From Bryobacterales bacterium (GTDB taxonomy: Bacteria; Acidobacteriota; Terriglobia; Bryobacterales; UBA6623), in NCBI GenBank assembly GCA_965248305.1, contig OZ252099.1, forward strand, positions 6,331,658 through 6,395,657: 64,000 nucleotides of DNA, given 5' to 3'. Positions 1 through 9,799 of the stretch are shown in pieces (the stretch's first letter is position 1; every line of letters begins with the position of its first letter). The notes under the pieces are model-generated. The model had not been told where the DNA came from, ran no database searches, and was given only the letters and a program-made list of their open reading frames with translations. Made by a program: the position numbers and the translations under genes.

Positions 1-6
1 GGTCTT

Positions 7-3000
7 ATGAAATCGCATTTCTTGTGGGCTGCGGCCATGGCCGTGGTTCTAGCCATCGGAGTTCAGCTCGCCCCAGCCCAGGAGCTGCGCGGAAGGATCG
101 GCGGCACAGTGGCAGACGGGACGGGCGCTGTGATTCCCGCAGCGAACGTCACGCTTTCCAACGACGACACGAACGTCACGGCGACGGCGCAGACCAGCGC
201 GGCGGGACAGTACCTGTTCGACTTCGTGCTGCCCGGCATGTACACGCTCACAGTCGAGTCGGAGGGCTTCCGGTCGTTCCAGCAGCAGAACATTCTGGTC
301 CAGACCAGGGCCGACATCACGGTTGACGCCGCTCTTGAGATTGGTGCGGTCACCGAGACCGTGACGGTCGAGGAGGCACCTGTCGCGGTGTCGTTCACGA
401 CGACGACCATGGAGACCACGCTAGACACGCGGATGTCGCAGGAACTGCCGCTGCTCAACCGTAATCCCTACATGCTCGCGGCCCTGGATCCCGCCGTCAA
501 CTACCGCGGAGGCGCGGAGAACTCCCCGTACCACCACTGGGCAATGAGCCAGCTAGACGTGGGCGGCAACACGGCGAATCGCAACAACGTGCTGATGGAC
601 GGCGTGCCCCAGCTCGTCGGCGCCAAAGGCGTCTACACACCGCCGATGGACGCGGTCTCCGAGGTGAACGTCCAGCAAAACGCCACCGACGCCGAGTACG
701 GCCACAGCGCCGGCGGGATCGTCTCGGTGCAAATGAAGAGCGGCACCAACGACTGGCACGGAACTGCCTACTACTTCGGGCGCAACCCGGCGCTGAACGC
801 GCGGCCTAATGCGCTGTCGTCGCAGCAGAGCGTTGTGCGTCGCGGCGTCTGGGGCGTGAGCTCCGGGAACCCTATCGTCAAGAACAAGGTGTTCAACTTC
901 TTCTCCTACGAGGCCCAGGACGTTCGTTCCCCATCCACCGTCAACCTGACCTTGCCGCGCCAGGCCGAACGCTCCGGCGACTTCTCCAACAGCTTCAACC
1001 GCAACGGCGGCTTGCGCGCGATCTTCGACCCGCTCACAACCGACCCGGACGGCAACAACCGCACGCAGTTCGCAAACAACAACATCCCGGCCAGTCGGCT
1101 CGACGAGACCTCGCAGCGGGTCCTAGCCAAGACCTGGGCGCCGAACAACGATGGTGACAACGCTTCCGGCGCGAACAACTTCCGCCTGACCTTCCCGATC
1201 ACGTACGCCTATTGGAACCTCACGAACCGGACTGACTACAACGTCAGCGATTCCGTCAAGATCTTCGGGCGCTTCAGCCGATTCCACACGACCCAGAGCG
1301 AGCCTGACTACTCCGGCTCGGTGGCCCAGCGCCGCCAGGGCAGCGCGCGCAACAGCGCGCAGGCATCTGGCGACGTCGTGTGGACCATCTCCCCCACGAC
1401 TGTCTTCAACATGCGCGGCTCGTGGTCCAAGATCACGGACTCGTTCTACACGCCGGATTCCCAAATTGGCGCAGAGGGGCTGGCGGAGCTGTGGCCGAGC
1501 AACAACTGGTACGCGTCGCACGTGCGGGACATTCCGGCGGTGCACTTCCCGGAGATCAGAGTCGACGCGGACAGCACCACCTCGTTCGGACGCTCGGGCT
1601 TCTGGTTCCAAGAGCCCTCGACCTGGAACCTCGAGGCCAAGATCTCCAGGCAGATGGGCCGCCACTACGTAAAGTTCGGCGGGCAGTACCGCAAGCAGCT
1701 GGTGCTGGCGGCGCGTCCGCGCGGCATGCGGTTCCGCTTTAACGCGAACCCCACGGCGGATACCGCCAACAGCCCCAACACCGGCGAACTGGGCCACGCC
1801 TGGGCCTCGATGGCGCTCGGCCTCATGCAGGACAGCAACTGGAGCAGGGCACGGACAGTGGCGGTCAACCGCCCCCGCGTCGACGTGTTCGGTTTCTTCG
1901 TCCACGACGATTTCAAGCTGAATTCGCGGGTCACGCTGAACCTAGGCCTGCGCTACGAGTACGAGACCCCGATGCGGGATCCCGAGAACCGGCTGTCCCG
2001 CTACCTCGACTTGGGCCAGGCGCTCCCCGAGGTGGCGTCGGGAATGGGTGCGATTCCTGGCGAGATTCTGGCGATGCGCACCAGCCCGCTCGACATTAGC
2101 GGCGCGTGGTTGTTCACCGATGGCAACAACCGCAACGCGTGGAATGCCCAGACGAATCTCTTCCTGCCGCGAGCCGGCATTGCCATCCGGCTGAACTCCA
2201 GCACGGCACTGCGGATCGGCTACTCGCGCTACGCCACGCCGCCGATCCAGGAGAAGGGCGGGGGGGCCTCCGATGCGGGCCTCGACATCCTCGGCAGCAC
2301 GCCGTATCCGGGCTACGAGATCGAGGGCAGCCCGCTGCAGTCGATCAACGGTACGCCCAGGGCCTATTTCGCCGACCCGTTCCCCAGCGGCGGCGAGCAC
2401 CCCAATCCGCTGCCGGAGCCATTCGGACAGCGGTTCGGCCGCTTCGCGACCGTGGGGACGAACGAAGCGAGGTTCTTCCATCAGGACTGGTCGGCGGGCA
2501 TCAACGACCGCTTCAACATCTCGCTGCAGCGGGAGATCGTCAGTCGCATCGTGATCGATGCCACGTACTTCGCAAACTTCGGAAGCAACCAGCCCTACGA
2601 CCGTCGCCACAACCTGCTGGATCCGCGCATCGGCTACCAGTTCGGCAGCGCGATCAACGCCTCGACGCCTAACCCGTTCTACGGACTGCCGCAGGAGATC
2701 ATGCCCGGTCCGCTCGCCAACCGGCGCTCGGTGCGGGTCAGGGACCTGCTCACTCCATACCCGCATTTCCTGGCCGGCGGCATCAACGAGTATGTCTTCC
2801 CGGGTCGCCGGGAGCGCTACAACTCGCTGCAGCTGCAGTTGCAGCGGCCGTTCGAAGACGGCTTCAACTTCATCGTGGGGTACAACTACCACCGGGCGAG
2901 AAACGAGGACTTCTACGACGGAGTTGACGAGATCGACCAGCGGTTCAGCTTCCAGGATGACGTGCGGGGCCGCCACAAGTTCACCATGGCGGGCATCTAC

Positions 3001-3477
3001 GAACTGCCCATCGGGCGCAACAAGCCGCTGGGAACCAATGTCAGCGGCGCACTCAGCAAGATCGTCAGCGGCTGGCAGGTCAGCGGGCTGTACACCTACA
3101 TTGGGGGCGAGCTGCTCAGGTTCGGCGGTCTCCAGGTAAGCGGCGATCCCGTCATTTCCAACCCCACGAGGGAAAGGATGTTCGACACCGCCGCCTTCTC
3201 CAACCTGCCGGCGTTCACGCGGCGGTCGAACCCGTGGAGCTACAGCGGCGTGCACGGGCCGCGCTTGTCGAACCTCGACATCGTCTTCGCCAAGCGCACC
3301 CGTATATCGGAGAACTTGCTGTTCGAGTTCCGCATGGAATCGTACAATCTCACGAACAGCTTCATGGGGTCGAACCCGTCTACGAACGTCAACAGCGGCA
3401 ACTTCGGCCGGATTTCGAGCAAGCTGCGGACCCACTTCGGTCGGGAGTGGCAATACAGCGGCCGCTTCATCTGGTAG
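7..3477 (+). CDS. TonB-dependent outer-membrane receptor with N-terminal carboxypeptidase-regulatory-like domain
   Basis: 1156-aa ORF. Signal peptide MKSHFLWAAAMAVVLAIGVQLAPAQE, then GTVADGTGAVIPAANVTLSN...GQYLFDFVLPGMYTLTVESEGFRSF (CarboxypepD_reg pattern). Long beta-barrel region ending ...GREWQYSGRFIW with an aromatic C-terminus. Followed by a strong terminator. Confidence 0.9.
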   Translation: MKSHFLWAAAMAVVLAIGVQLAPAQELRGRIGGTVADGTGAVIPAANVTLSNDDTNVTATAQTSAAGQYLFDFVLPGMYTLTVESEGFRSFQQQNILVQTRADITVDAALEIGAVTETVTVEEAPVAVSFTTTTMETTLDTRMSQELPLLNRNPYMLAALDPAVNYRGGAENSPYHHWAMSQLDVGGNTANRNNVLMDGVPQLVGAKGVYTPPMDAVSEVNVQQNATDAEYGHSAGGIVSVQMKSGTNDWHGTAYYFGRNPALNARPNALSSQQSVVRRGVWGVSSGNPIVKNKVFNFFSYEAQDVRSPSTVNLTLPRQAERSGDFSNSFNRNGGLRAIFDPLTTDPDGNNRTQFANNNIPASRLDETSQRVLAKTWAPNNDGDNASGANNFRLTFPITYAYWNLTNRTDYNVSDSVKIFGRFSRFHTTQSEPDYSGSVAQRRQGSARNSAQASGDVVWTISPTTVFNMRGSWSKITDSFYTPDSQIGAEGLAELWPSNNWYASHVRDIPAVHFPEIRVDADSTTSFGRSGFWFQEPSTWNLEAKISRQMGRHYVKFGGQYRKQLVLAARPRGMRFRFNANPTADTANSPNTGELGHAWASMALGLMQDSNWSRARTVAVNRPRVDVFGFFVHDDFKLNSRVTLNLGLRYEYETPMRDPENRLSRYLDLGQALPEVASGMGAIPGEILAMRTSPLDISGAWLFTDGNNRNAWNAQTNLFLPRAGIAIRLNSSTALRIGYSRYATPPIQEKGGGASDAGLDILGSTPYPGYEIEGSPLQSINGTPRAYFADPFPSGGEHPNPLPEPFGQRFGRFATVGTNEARFFHQDWSAGINDRFNISLQREIVSRIVIDATYFANFGSNQPYDRRHNLLDPRIGYQFGSAINASTPNPFYGLPQEIMPGPLANRRSVRVRDLLTPYPHFLAGGINEYVFPGRRERYNSLQLQLQRPFEDGFNFIVGYNYHRARNEDFYDGVDEIDQRFSFQDDVRGRHKFTMAGIYELPIGRNKPLGTNVSGALSKIVSGWQVSGLYTYIGGELLRFGGLQVSGDPVISNPTRERMFDTAAFSNLPAFTRRSNPWSYSGVHGPRLSNLDIVFAKRTRISENLLFEFRMESYNLTNSFMGSNPSTNVNSGNFGRISSKLRTHFGREWQYSGRFIW

Positions 3478-3503
3478 CTTCCGACACGTGGCCGGAAACC
3501 CTT

Positions 3504-3537
3504 GGCAGGCGGGGCGTACGCCCCGCCTGCTCTTTTT
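3504..3537 (+). terminator. Rho-independent terminator after the first TonB-dependent receptor
   Basis: GGCAGGCGGGGCG-ta-CGCCCCGCCTGC perfect GC-rich hairpin, immediately followed by TCTTTTT, 27 nt after the stop codon. Confidence 0.7.
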
Positions 3538-4065
3538 CCGTCGCGGGCGAACGCACTAGCGCGCCGACGGGATGTGCTCGAGCACCCAAGCCTCGGCCTT
3601 CGTTTTCTCGTAAGAGCATGCGAGCCTCTCGCCGTTCGGGCAGACACGCACCGGCCCGGTCGCTTCCAAGGCGTCGGGGATCCGCTTCGCTCGAGGAGAC
3701 GGTCCCCATCCTCGAGCCGCCGGACGCCTCGGTGCCCACAAGCAGCTGCTCGTCGCCCGCGATCCATTCCAGCGGGGAAATCCCCCGTAGCGCGAATGCA
3801 GGAGGGATATCGACTGCCTCTTGCCGACTTTGAGGGTCTGCAGCGATTGCATCCGAGCGTCAGGTCCGGCGGCCAGCACGGACGCCAGCCGGTCGATTCC
3901 TCTGCGCTCGCCGCACCGACAGCGGCTGCAAGCGCCGACAGCAGGACGACTGGCATCGCCCTGCTTCGGGCGGTGCCTCTCGCCTCCGCGCATCCATGGC
4001 CTCGACTCCAGATGCAGGCGAGCCGGATAGTAACATAACCCTTGTCGAACGTGGTTTGCCCACCG

Positions 4066-5178
4066 ATGCTTGCAACTCGAGAGCCGAGATGGCTGCTGCC
4101 GGGGCTCATGGCGGCGGCGCTTCCACTGTTTGCACAGCCCCTGAACGTCTTCGACCACGTCCCGGAAGCGTACCTAGGCGCGGGTGTCTGCGGATCCTGC
4201 CACGCTGAGCAGTTTGCGAGCCAGTCCGCGAGCGGCCACGCTCTGTCGCTGGCCCGTGTAGCCGATCATCGGCTCGCGGCTTTATTCGTGCCGGCCGGGT
4301 CGCTGGCCCGAGCAGGCGGGGCCGAATACTCGTACCGCACCGACCACACCGGCCTCCACGTGGAGGTCGCAGTAGGCGGGGAGCAACTCGGCTTGCGGCT
4401 CGAGTGGGCATTCGGGGCGGGCGAGCAGGCGGTAACCTTCGTCGGCCATCCGGACAAGGACCGCTATGTCGAGCACCACTTCAGCTACTACGCGCCAACC
4501 GAATCACTGGCGACGACGCCGGGACATCGCGACGTGCCAGCTCGTGGCCCCGAGGACGCCCTAGGTGTGTACTACCCGACGTTTGGCCCCGAGCCCGCCA
4601 TCATGCGCTGCTTCCAATGCCACTCCACCGGGCCGCTGGCGCTCGGTGACGACGGATTCTCGCTGCAGCCGCGCGAGCTCGGGATTCGGTGCGAAGCCTG
4701 CCATGGCCCGGGCCGCCGGCATGTCGAGGCGATTGCTTCCGGCGATCTGGAGCAGGCGCGCGCGGCCGTCGACAATCCTGCCCGACTGGGGGGCGGCGAA
4801 CTGCTCCAGTTTTGCGGGGCTTGCCACCGCCCGCCGGCCTCAACCGGGGAAGTGATCGACTGGAGCGATCCCTGGAATGTCCGGCACCAGCCCGTCTATC
4901 TCTCCCGGAGCGCCTGCGTCCAGCCGAGCGGGCAGGCCCTGGCATGCATGCGCTGCCACGACCCACACCAGCCGCTGTCGCGCGAAGCGGCTCGCGACGA
5001 CGGGCGCTGTCTCGACTGCCACGCCGATCGTACTCCCCCCGTCGCAATCTGCCGCCAGGCCTCGGGCTTGGCATGCGCGTCCTGCCACATGCCGTCTGTG
5101 AAGCCGCAGGGCAACCTGCGGTTCACCAACCACTGGATCGGCATCTACGACCGGGACAGACCGCTTCGGCCGCGTTGA
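4066..5178 (+). CDS. Secreted multihaem c-type cytochrome (seven CXXCH motifs)
   Basis: ORF 4042..5178. The ATG at 4066 gives MLATREPRWLLPGLMAAALPLFAQP, which looks like a signal peptide. Seven haem-binding motifs are readable: CGSCH, CFQCH, CEACH, CGACH, CMRCH, CLDCH, CASCH. Confidence 0.85.
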   Translation: MLATREPRWLLPGLMAAALPLFAQPLNVFDHVPEAYLGAGVCGSCHAEQFASQSASGHALSLARVADHRLAALFVPAGSLARAGGAEYSYRTDHTGLHVEVAVGGEQLGLRLEWAFGAGEQAVTFVGHPDKDRYVEHHFSYYAPTESLATTPGHRDVPARGPEDALGVYYPTFGPEPAIMRCFQCHSTGPLALGDDGFSLQPRELGIRCEACHGPGRRHVEAIASGDLEQARAAVDNPARLGGGELLQFCGACHRPPASTGEVIDWSDPWNVRHQPVYLSRSACVQPSGQALACMRCHDPHQPLSREAARDDGRCLDCHADRTPPVAICRQASGLACASCHMPSVKPQGNLRFTNHWIGIYDRDRPLRPR

Positions 5179-5214
5179 AGATGTCAACGGTATGCAGCGC
5201 TACCAGTTATGTAG

Positions 5215-6086
5215 CCAAGCTTGGGCAACCTGCGGTCGGGGCTCGCTGTAACCGTGCCGAACACGACGTTTTCGTCCAGCGTCGCCATCACTGAATTGAC
5301 TGGAGTCGCTTCTCGCACCGTCGGCATCTGGATCGGGTGCCTGTTCTTCGACGCGGCGTTTTGTCCCAACTTGACGGCGATGATTCTAGGTCTACCGGGT
5401 CCAGTTGTTGCGGTATACATGACAGTCCTGCTCGCACTGCTGTTCGCGATCGGTATGCGAATTGTGACCCACGACGGCCTTGACTATCGCAAGGGCGTGA
5501 TCGTGGGGCTCGCGTCTTGGCTGGGCGTCAGCTTCCAGTTCGCAGAGATCTTTCCGGAACTGCTGACCCACAATCTGGGGGCGTTGTTGGAAAACGGCAT
5601 GACCGCAGCAGGCCTCCTCGCGATCCTGATGACGATCGCCCTAGAGACGGCTGCGCCCCGAGGTCGGAAGCTCAAGACAACTCTCGAAGTCGAGTCCATT
5701 CCGAGTGTCGACAAGTTCGTGCGTCGGTTCGCCAGCGACGAACGTTGGAGTGAGGGATCGGCGCAAAACCGCCAGCGAGGAGGCGATCTTGAGTCTGTAG
5801 CCTGGCGATGCTGCCCCTGCTGAGAAGGGCCGGCGACGCCTCATTGTGGTCGTGCGTGGCGACCGCGTCGGAGCGGACATGGAATTCATGGCGGCCCCGA
5901 GCGACCACAAACGTTCAGGACCACATCGCTTGGCTGGGGCCTTGGGCCGACCAGACCCATGAAGCCCAGCTTTCGCTACGGATGCCGCGCCATTATGCCA
6001 GCTCTGTGAAACACCAGCAGCTTCACGACATCGAGATGGTTTCCATCCACGTCAAGGCTGGTCGCTCGTCGAAGCGCCAAGCCTGA
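5215..6086 (+). pseudogene. Remnant of an NCS2 (xanthine/uracil-type) permease; N-terminal two thirds missing, C-terminal part frameshifted
   Basis: GLAVTVPNTTFSSSVAITELTGVASRTVGIWIGCLFF...GLLAILMTIALE matches the C-terminal TM helices of nucleobase:cation symporter-2 proteins. The frame only opens at 5215, 37 nt after the cytochrome stop. The cytoplasmic tail continues in other frames (..EEAILSL-TAG(5798-5800)-PGDAAPAEKGRRRLIVVVRGDRVGADMEFMAAPSDH, then NVQDHIAWLG..SLRMPRHYASSVKHQQLHDIEMVSIHVKA). Confidence 0.6.
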
Positions 6087-6102
6087 GCGGCGTTCGCAGC
6101 GT

Positions 6103-6855
6103 TCAAGCCCCCGGCTGCATGCGGCGGAGGTCGTCAGACAGCACGACTGCTTCAGCGACCTGTTTCATCGGAATGCGGCGGCGGCTTTCCTGCTGCAGTT
6201 TCAGGTATGCCTGCTCCTCGGTGAGGCCGAGATCGCGCTGCAAGATCCCCTTTGCGCGGGCAAGCAGCTTGCGGATTTCCAATTGGCCCGTCAGCTTGGC
6301 GACCTCGGAATCCAGCCGCGCCCGCTCAACCTCCGCGCCCACCAGGTTGCCGATTGTCGATACGAGCTTGACCTCGTGGGGCGGGTGCGCGTGGCGCTGG
6401 CGGTGCTGCAGGTTGATCACGCCGATGAGCCGTCCGCCAGCGAGGATGGGCACCGACAGAAATGCTTCGAAGCCGTCCTCGGGGAGCTGGCTGAAGCCGC
6501 GAAAGCGGCTGTCCTGCATGGCCCGCTGGGCGATCGCCACGGCCTCGCGCTTCTCGGCGACCCAGCCGGTGATTCCCTCTCCCAAGGGGATGCGCAAGTT
6601 GTCCACCGACTCGGGATGGGGGTTCTTGGACGCGCGCAGGACCAATTCCTCCCCTTCGAGCACGTAGATGAAGCACGAGTCGGCGCCGACGACATCATTG
6701 AGGAAGTCGACAATCTGCCCGAGCACTTCGTGCAGGGGATCGGCCACGGCGAGCCGCCCGCTGATATGGTGCAGGAACTCCAGGTGCGGGCCGCCGTCGC
6801 TGACACCCTCGTCGACCGGCTGGCCGAGCGCATCCGCTCCATGCGTCGGATCCAT
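6103..6855 (-). CDS. GAF domain plus ANTAR RNA-binding antitermination regulator
   Basis: 250 aa. The central region (LHEVLGQIVDFLNDVVGADSCFIYVLEGEELVLRAS...GVINLQHR) is GAF-like. The C-terminus LEIRKLLARAKGILQRDLGLTEEQAYLKLQQESRRRIPMKQVAEAVV is a typical ANTAR helix bundle. GGAAGGAG RBS before the ATG. Confidence 0.85.
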   Translation of the reverse strand: MDPTHGADALGQPVDEGVSDGGPHLEFLHHISGRLAVADPLHEVLGQIVDFLNDVVGADSCFIYVLEGEELVLRASKNPHPESVDNLRIPLGEGITGWVAEKREAVAIAQRAMQDSRFRGFSQLPEDGFEAFLSVPILAGGRLIGVINLQHRQRHAHPPHEVKLVSTIGNLVGAEVERARLDSEVAKLTGQLEIRKLLARAKGILQRDLGLTEEQAYLKLQQESRRRIPMKQVAEAVVLSDDLRRMQPGA

Positions 6856-6875
6856 CAGGCCAATCTCCTTCCTGA

Positions 6876-7879
6876 TTACGCACCAGCCCCAGCCAAAGTT
6901 AGGAGGCGGTAGGGTAGGGGCGGAGTGCGCACGGCGACATAGGCGAGGCGGGGCACGAGATCGGCCAGCTGGTAGCGGCGGTTGAAGCGGTAGGCGAATT
7001 CGGCGAGGTAGCGCCCCGCGTAACGCGCGGCGCAGGCGTGATAGGTGCCGTCCATCGCCCGCTTGACGTTGCCCAGCAGCGTGTTCACCCAGATCAGCCC
7101 GGGCGTCTCGCAGCTGCCCTTGCCACCTCCGGTGACGCGCGGCTGGTGCGTGCAGCGGGCCGCCTGCACCCCCCGGAAGCAGGCCAGCCCGTCCGACCGT
7201 ACGATGGTCCCCGGCCGTAGGTGCTGCTGCGCCCAGGCTTGCACTGCGCGGCGGCGGAAACCAACCACCGGGCTCAGCCGCAGCCGCTGCGGCCGCCCGT
7301 CCTCAGTGACTTGGGCCGTCGCCAGGAAGGGCGTCTTGCGGTCCGCGCCGCGACCGCGCTTGCCGCCGCTGGCTTCCCCGCCCAGATCGGCGTCGTCCAT
7401 CTCCACGATGCCCCCCAGCGGCTGGCTGTCATCCCGCTCGCGCATCGCCTGCATCAGTTTGTGCTTGAGCATCCAAGCCGTGTTGTAGCTCACGCCCAAC
7501 TGGCGCATCAGGTCCATCGCCGAGATGCCATTCTTGGATTGCGTGAGCAAGTAGATCGCCAGATACCAAGTGGTCAGCGGCAGCTTGGTGTGCTCGAACA
7601 CGGTGTCGGCGGTCAGCGAGACCTGCCGCTGGCAGCGGATGCACTGGAAGACCTTGCGGGTGTGCAGCTGGCAGTCCTTGTGCTAGCCGCAGGCGGGGCA
7701 GCGGAAGCCCTGCGGCCAGCGCGCTTGGAACACCGCTTGGGCGCATTGCAGCTCGGTTCCGTAGAGCTTGAGGAAGTCGCGCAGGCTCTGTCCTTTCTGG
7801 AACTGGACGTGGTTCTTAGGCATGTAGAACTCCTTTGTTATCAGATACTTATTATACATTCCACAGCGATTTAAGTCAA
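6876..7879 (-). mobile_element. IS1595-family (ISXO2-like) insertion sequence; transposase interrupted by one in-frame TAG
   Basis: Reads MPKNHVQFQKGQSLRDFLKLYGTELQCAQAVFQARWPQGFRCPACG-TAG(7683-7685)-HKDCQLHTRKVFQCIRCQRQVSLTADTVFEHTKLPLTTWYLAIYLLTQSKNGISAMDLMRQLGVSYNTAWMLKHKLMQAM...YLAEFAYRFNRRYQL. This shows the Zn-finger and DDE_Tnp_IS1595 hallmarks in one frame. It has its own promoter and AAGGAG RBS. Exact element ends and inverted repeats were not resolved. Confidence 0.8.
7851..7879 (-). promoter_or_regulatory. Near-consensus sigma70-type promoter of the IS1595 transposase
   Basis: The minus strand reads TTGACT-17 nt-TATAAT, then about 20 nt, then AAGGAG-7 nt-ATG (7823). Confidence 0.6.
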
Positions 7880-8444
7880 CCGGATCGAAGCCCGAATCCA
7901 AAACATTTCCGGCTCCTAAATGCGGCTGAGAGTCCTCGGTAATCAGGATCTCCTTTGTTGCTTGCATTGTGATTTCGAATCCCCTGCGCGAGATGCGGGG
8001 TGATGCCGTGGCGCGGAATCTCCCCGCCACGCGCTCCCGTAGGCCCGCACCTGCCGCGTCCAGCCGGATCGCAGCCACGGTGCCGAGTCCCAGCGTTGCC
8101 AGAACTGGTAAATATTCCTTGGCGGCCTTTGATCGGGCCGGGAATTCCCTCCTTGAGGCCAGCCCTCCCATCGGACGCCATCCCGCCGCGAACCGCGCTA
8201 CCGACGGACGCTGCAGCGAAAGCGTTCTCTATGGGAGTTGGAGCTGCTCGACGCGGAGGAGAGCGCTGACTACGCTTTCAGTGTAGTAGCGGGGCGCTGC
8301 GCTGGGGGCGCGTTATGCCCGCGATAAGAAATTCTTGCTTGACATGGCGCCCTGCGCAGGTTCGGGCGCGGACCGGATATGACGGCGCTTGTCGCTGCCA
8401 GGCTCACAGGAAAGAGTTTTTTGCTACAGTTTGCGCGTCTGCCC

Positions 8445-9713
8445 ATGAAGCAATTTGCCCTGATCACCGTTCTCGTTGCGGCTGTCGCCGTCGCGGCATC
8501 CCCAACAGCGCCGTCGCTGGTCATCCAAGTGGATGCGGGCACCCTGCAGCAGGCCGTCGATCAAGCCCCGCCGCATGCCGTTTTGGTGGCGGATCGGGAT
8601 CGGGAAGTCGAGGTGTCCAAGACCGTGCGCATCGACAAGCCGCTCACCTTGGCTGGACTCAACATGCGCCTCAAACCCGGACTTGCCAAGACTCCCATCC
8701 TCGAGGTTGTCTCGGAGCAAGTGAGTATCCGGGACTTCACGCTGGAGGGCAACGGCGACTCCGTAACCCAAGCGGAGCGGGCGCCCCTCATCGTCGTGCG
8801 CCGCGGCCGGTTCACGATCGAGAACGGTCGGACCGACAACAGTGCCAAGGACGGCGTCATGATCACTCCGGTCGCGGAGTTTGGCAACATCGAGCACGGC
8901 GTGATCCGCAATCTAACGGCCCGTAACACGATTCGAGACGTGGTGTCGATCGGAGGGCGCGGCGACGAGGGCTTGTATGTCCGGCATCTGGTTGTGGAGA
9001 ACATTCGCAGCTACGGTTCCAAGCTGCGCGGGCCGGTCGAGATATCGGACGGCAGCGAGCACATCACGGTACGCGATATCTACGCTGAATCCAGCTTTTA
9101 TGGCGTGGACGTGCAGGATCACGGCCGGGAAGGGATGATCAACCGCCAGATTGTCATCGATGGCGTGCAGGTCAAGGACTGCGTGACGGCCATCCGCACG
9201 GCGAACAGGGACTTTGGGCACGACGGCCTCACGATTCTCAATGTGACCGGCACGGACTTCCGGCCAAGTGATAGCTGGAGCCCCCTGCACGTGCGCAACA
9301 CGAGCAACGTCCTGATCGAGAATGTCAGAATCCAAGGCGGGCCGGCTGACGCCCCGTGGGTCCTGATCGAGAATGTCGACAACGTTTCGATTCGTAATCT
9401 CACACTGGTTGACGCGAACCATGACGGAGCGGCTGTGGTGGTCGAGGATGCGGACAACGCCTTGCTCGACAACATCGTCTTCGCGGGCAATCAGCAGCCG
9501 GCGCGCGGGGTCGAATACCGAGTGCGCTCCAACGAGCGCTTCGGTGGTCTGCGGATCCGCAATGTCGTTGCGCCGGGCGCCCGCGAGGCAGGGATCACGC
9601 TCAGAAACCTGAGTGACTCCGGCGCTCTCGACTCCTACGCGATCACGGACAACATGGCCACGGTCAAGGCGGATTTGGACGCGGCCAAGCGCGTTGTCGA
9701 GGGGAATCTGTAG
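8445..9713 (+). CDS. Secreted right-handed parallel beta-helix (pectin-lyase-fold) repeat protein
   Basis: The ATG at 8445 gives the signal peptide MKQFALITVLVAAVAVAASP. After it come many repeats of hydrophobic-x-I/V-x-N turns (VIRNLTARNTIRDVVSI, ITVRDIYAESSFYGVDV, VLIENVRIQGG, VSIRNLTLVDAN, LLDNIVFAGN). Confidence 0.7.
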   Translation: MKQFALITVLVAAVAVAASPTAPSLVIQVDAGTLQQAVDQAPPHAVLVADRDREVEVSKTVRIDKPLTLAGLNMRLKPGLAKTPILEVVSEQVSIRDFTLEGNGDSVTQAERAPLIVVRRGRFTIENGRTDNSAKDGVMITPVAEFGNIEHGVIRNLTARNTIRDVVSIGGRGDEGLYVRHLVVENIRSYGSKLRGPVEISDGSEHITVRDIYAESSFYGVDVQDHGREGMINRQIVIDGVQVKDCVTAIRTANRDFGHDGLTILNVTGTDFRPSDSWSPLHVRNTSNVLIENVRIQGGPADAPWVLIENVDNVSIRNLTLVDANHDGAAVVVEDADNALLDNIVFAGNQQPARGVEYRVRSNERFGGLRIRNVVAPGAREAGITLRNLSDSGALDSYAITDNMATVKADLDAAKRVVEGNL

Positions 9714-9799
9714 GGCGCTATCAGGGCGATCGCGCGGGATCTAGCCGCATCCATTCGAGGAAGCTGGCGCGGGGCTCTAGGGGCCGGGGTAGCGGCCTA

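Noticed and set aside
1942-3453. Long ORFs antisense to or overlapping confident genes (for example 1942..3453-, 10531..11454-, 11482..12786-, 17804..18823+, 19200..20300+, 25745..26881-, 27507..28316+, 33898..35055-, 39655..40860+, 63298..63999-).
   Set aside because: Their products are Arg/Ala/Gly/Pro-rich and low in complexity, typical of shadow ORFs in high-GC DNA. In each case the opposite or alternative frame encodes a protein with clear family motifs.
3556-3955. Possible small secreted protein on the minus strand between the first receptor and the cytochrome. It has a signal-like start MPVVLLSALAAAVGAASAEE and a natural-looking end ..TGPVRVCPNGERLACSYEKTKAEAWVLEHIPSAR.
   Set aside because: The plausible pieces lie in three different frames, so three frameshifts in 400 nt would be needed. 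In high-GC DNA all frames stay open and look protein-like, and I recognised no family motif. It may be a dead gene, but the evidence is too weak to annotate.
6840-7900. I tried to define terminal inverted repeats and a target-site duplication for the IS1595 element.
   Set aside because: The only similarity between the two ends is the CTCCTT (reverse-complemented RBS) plus CTGAT motif, which is better explained by ribosome-binding sites. The true ends need comparison with other copies.
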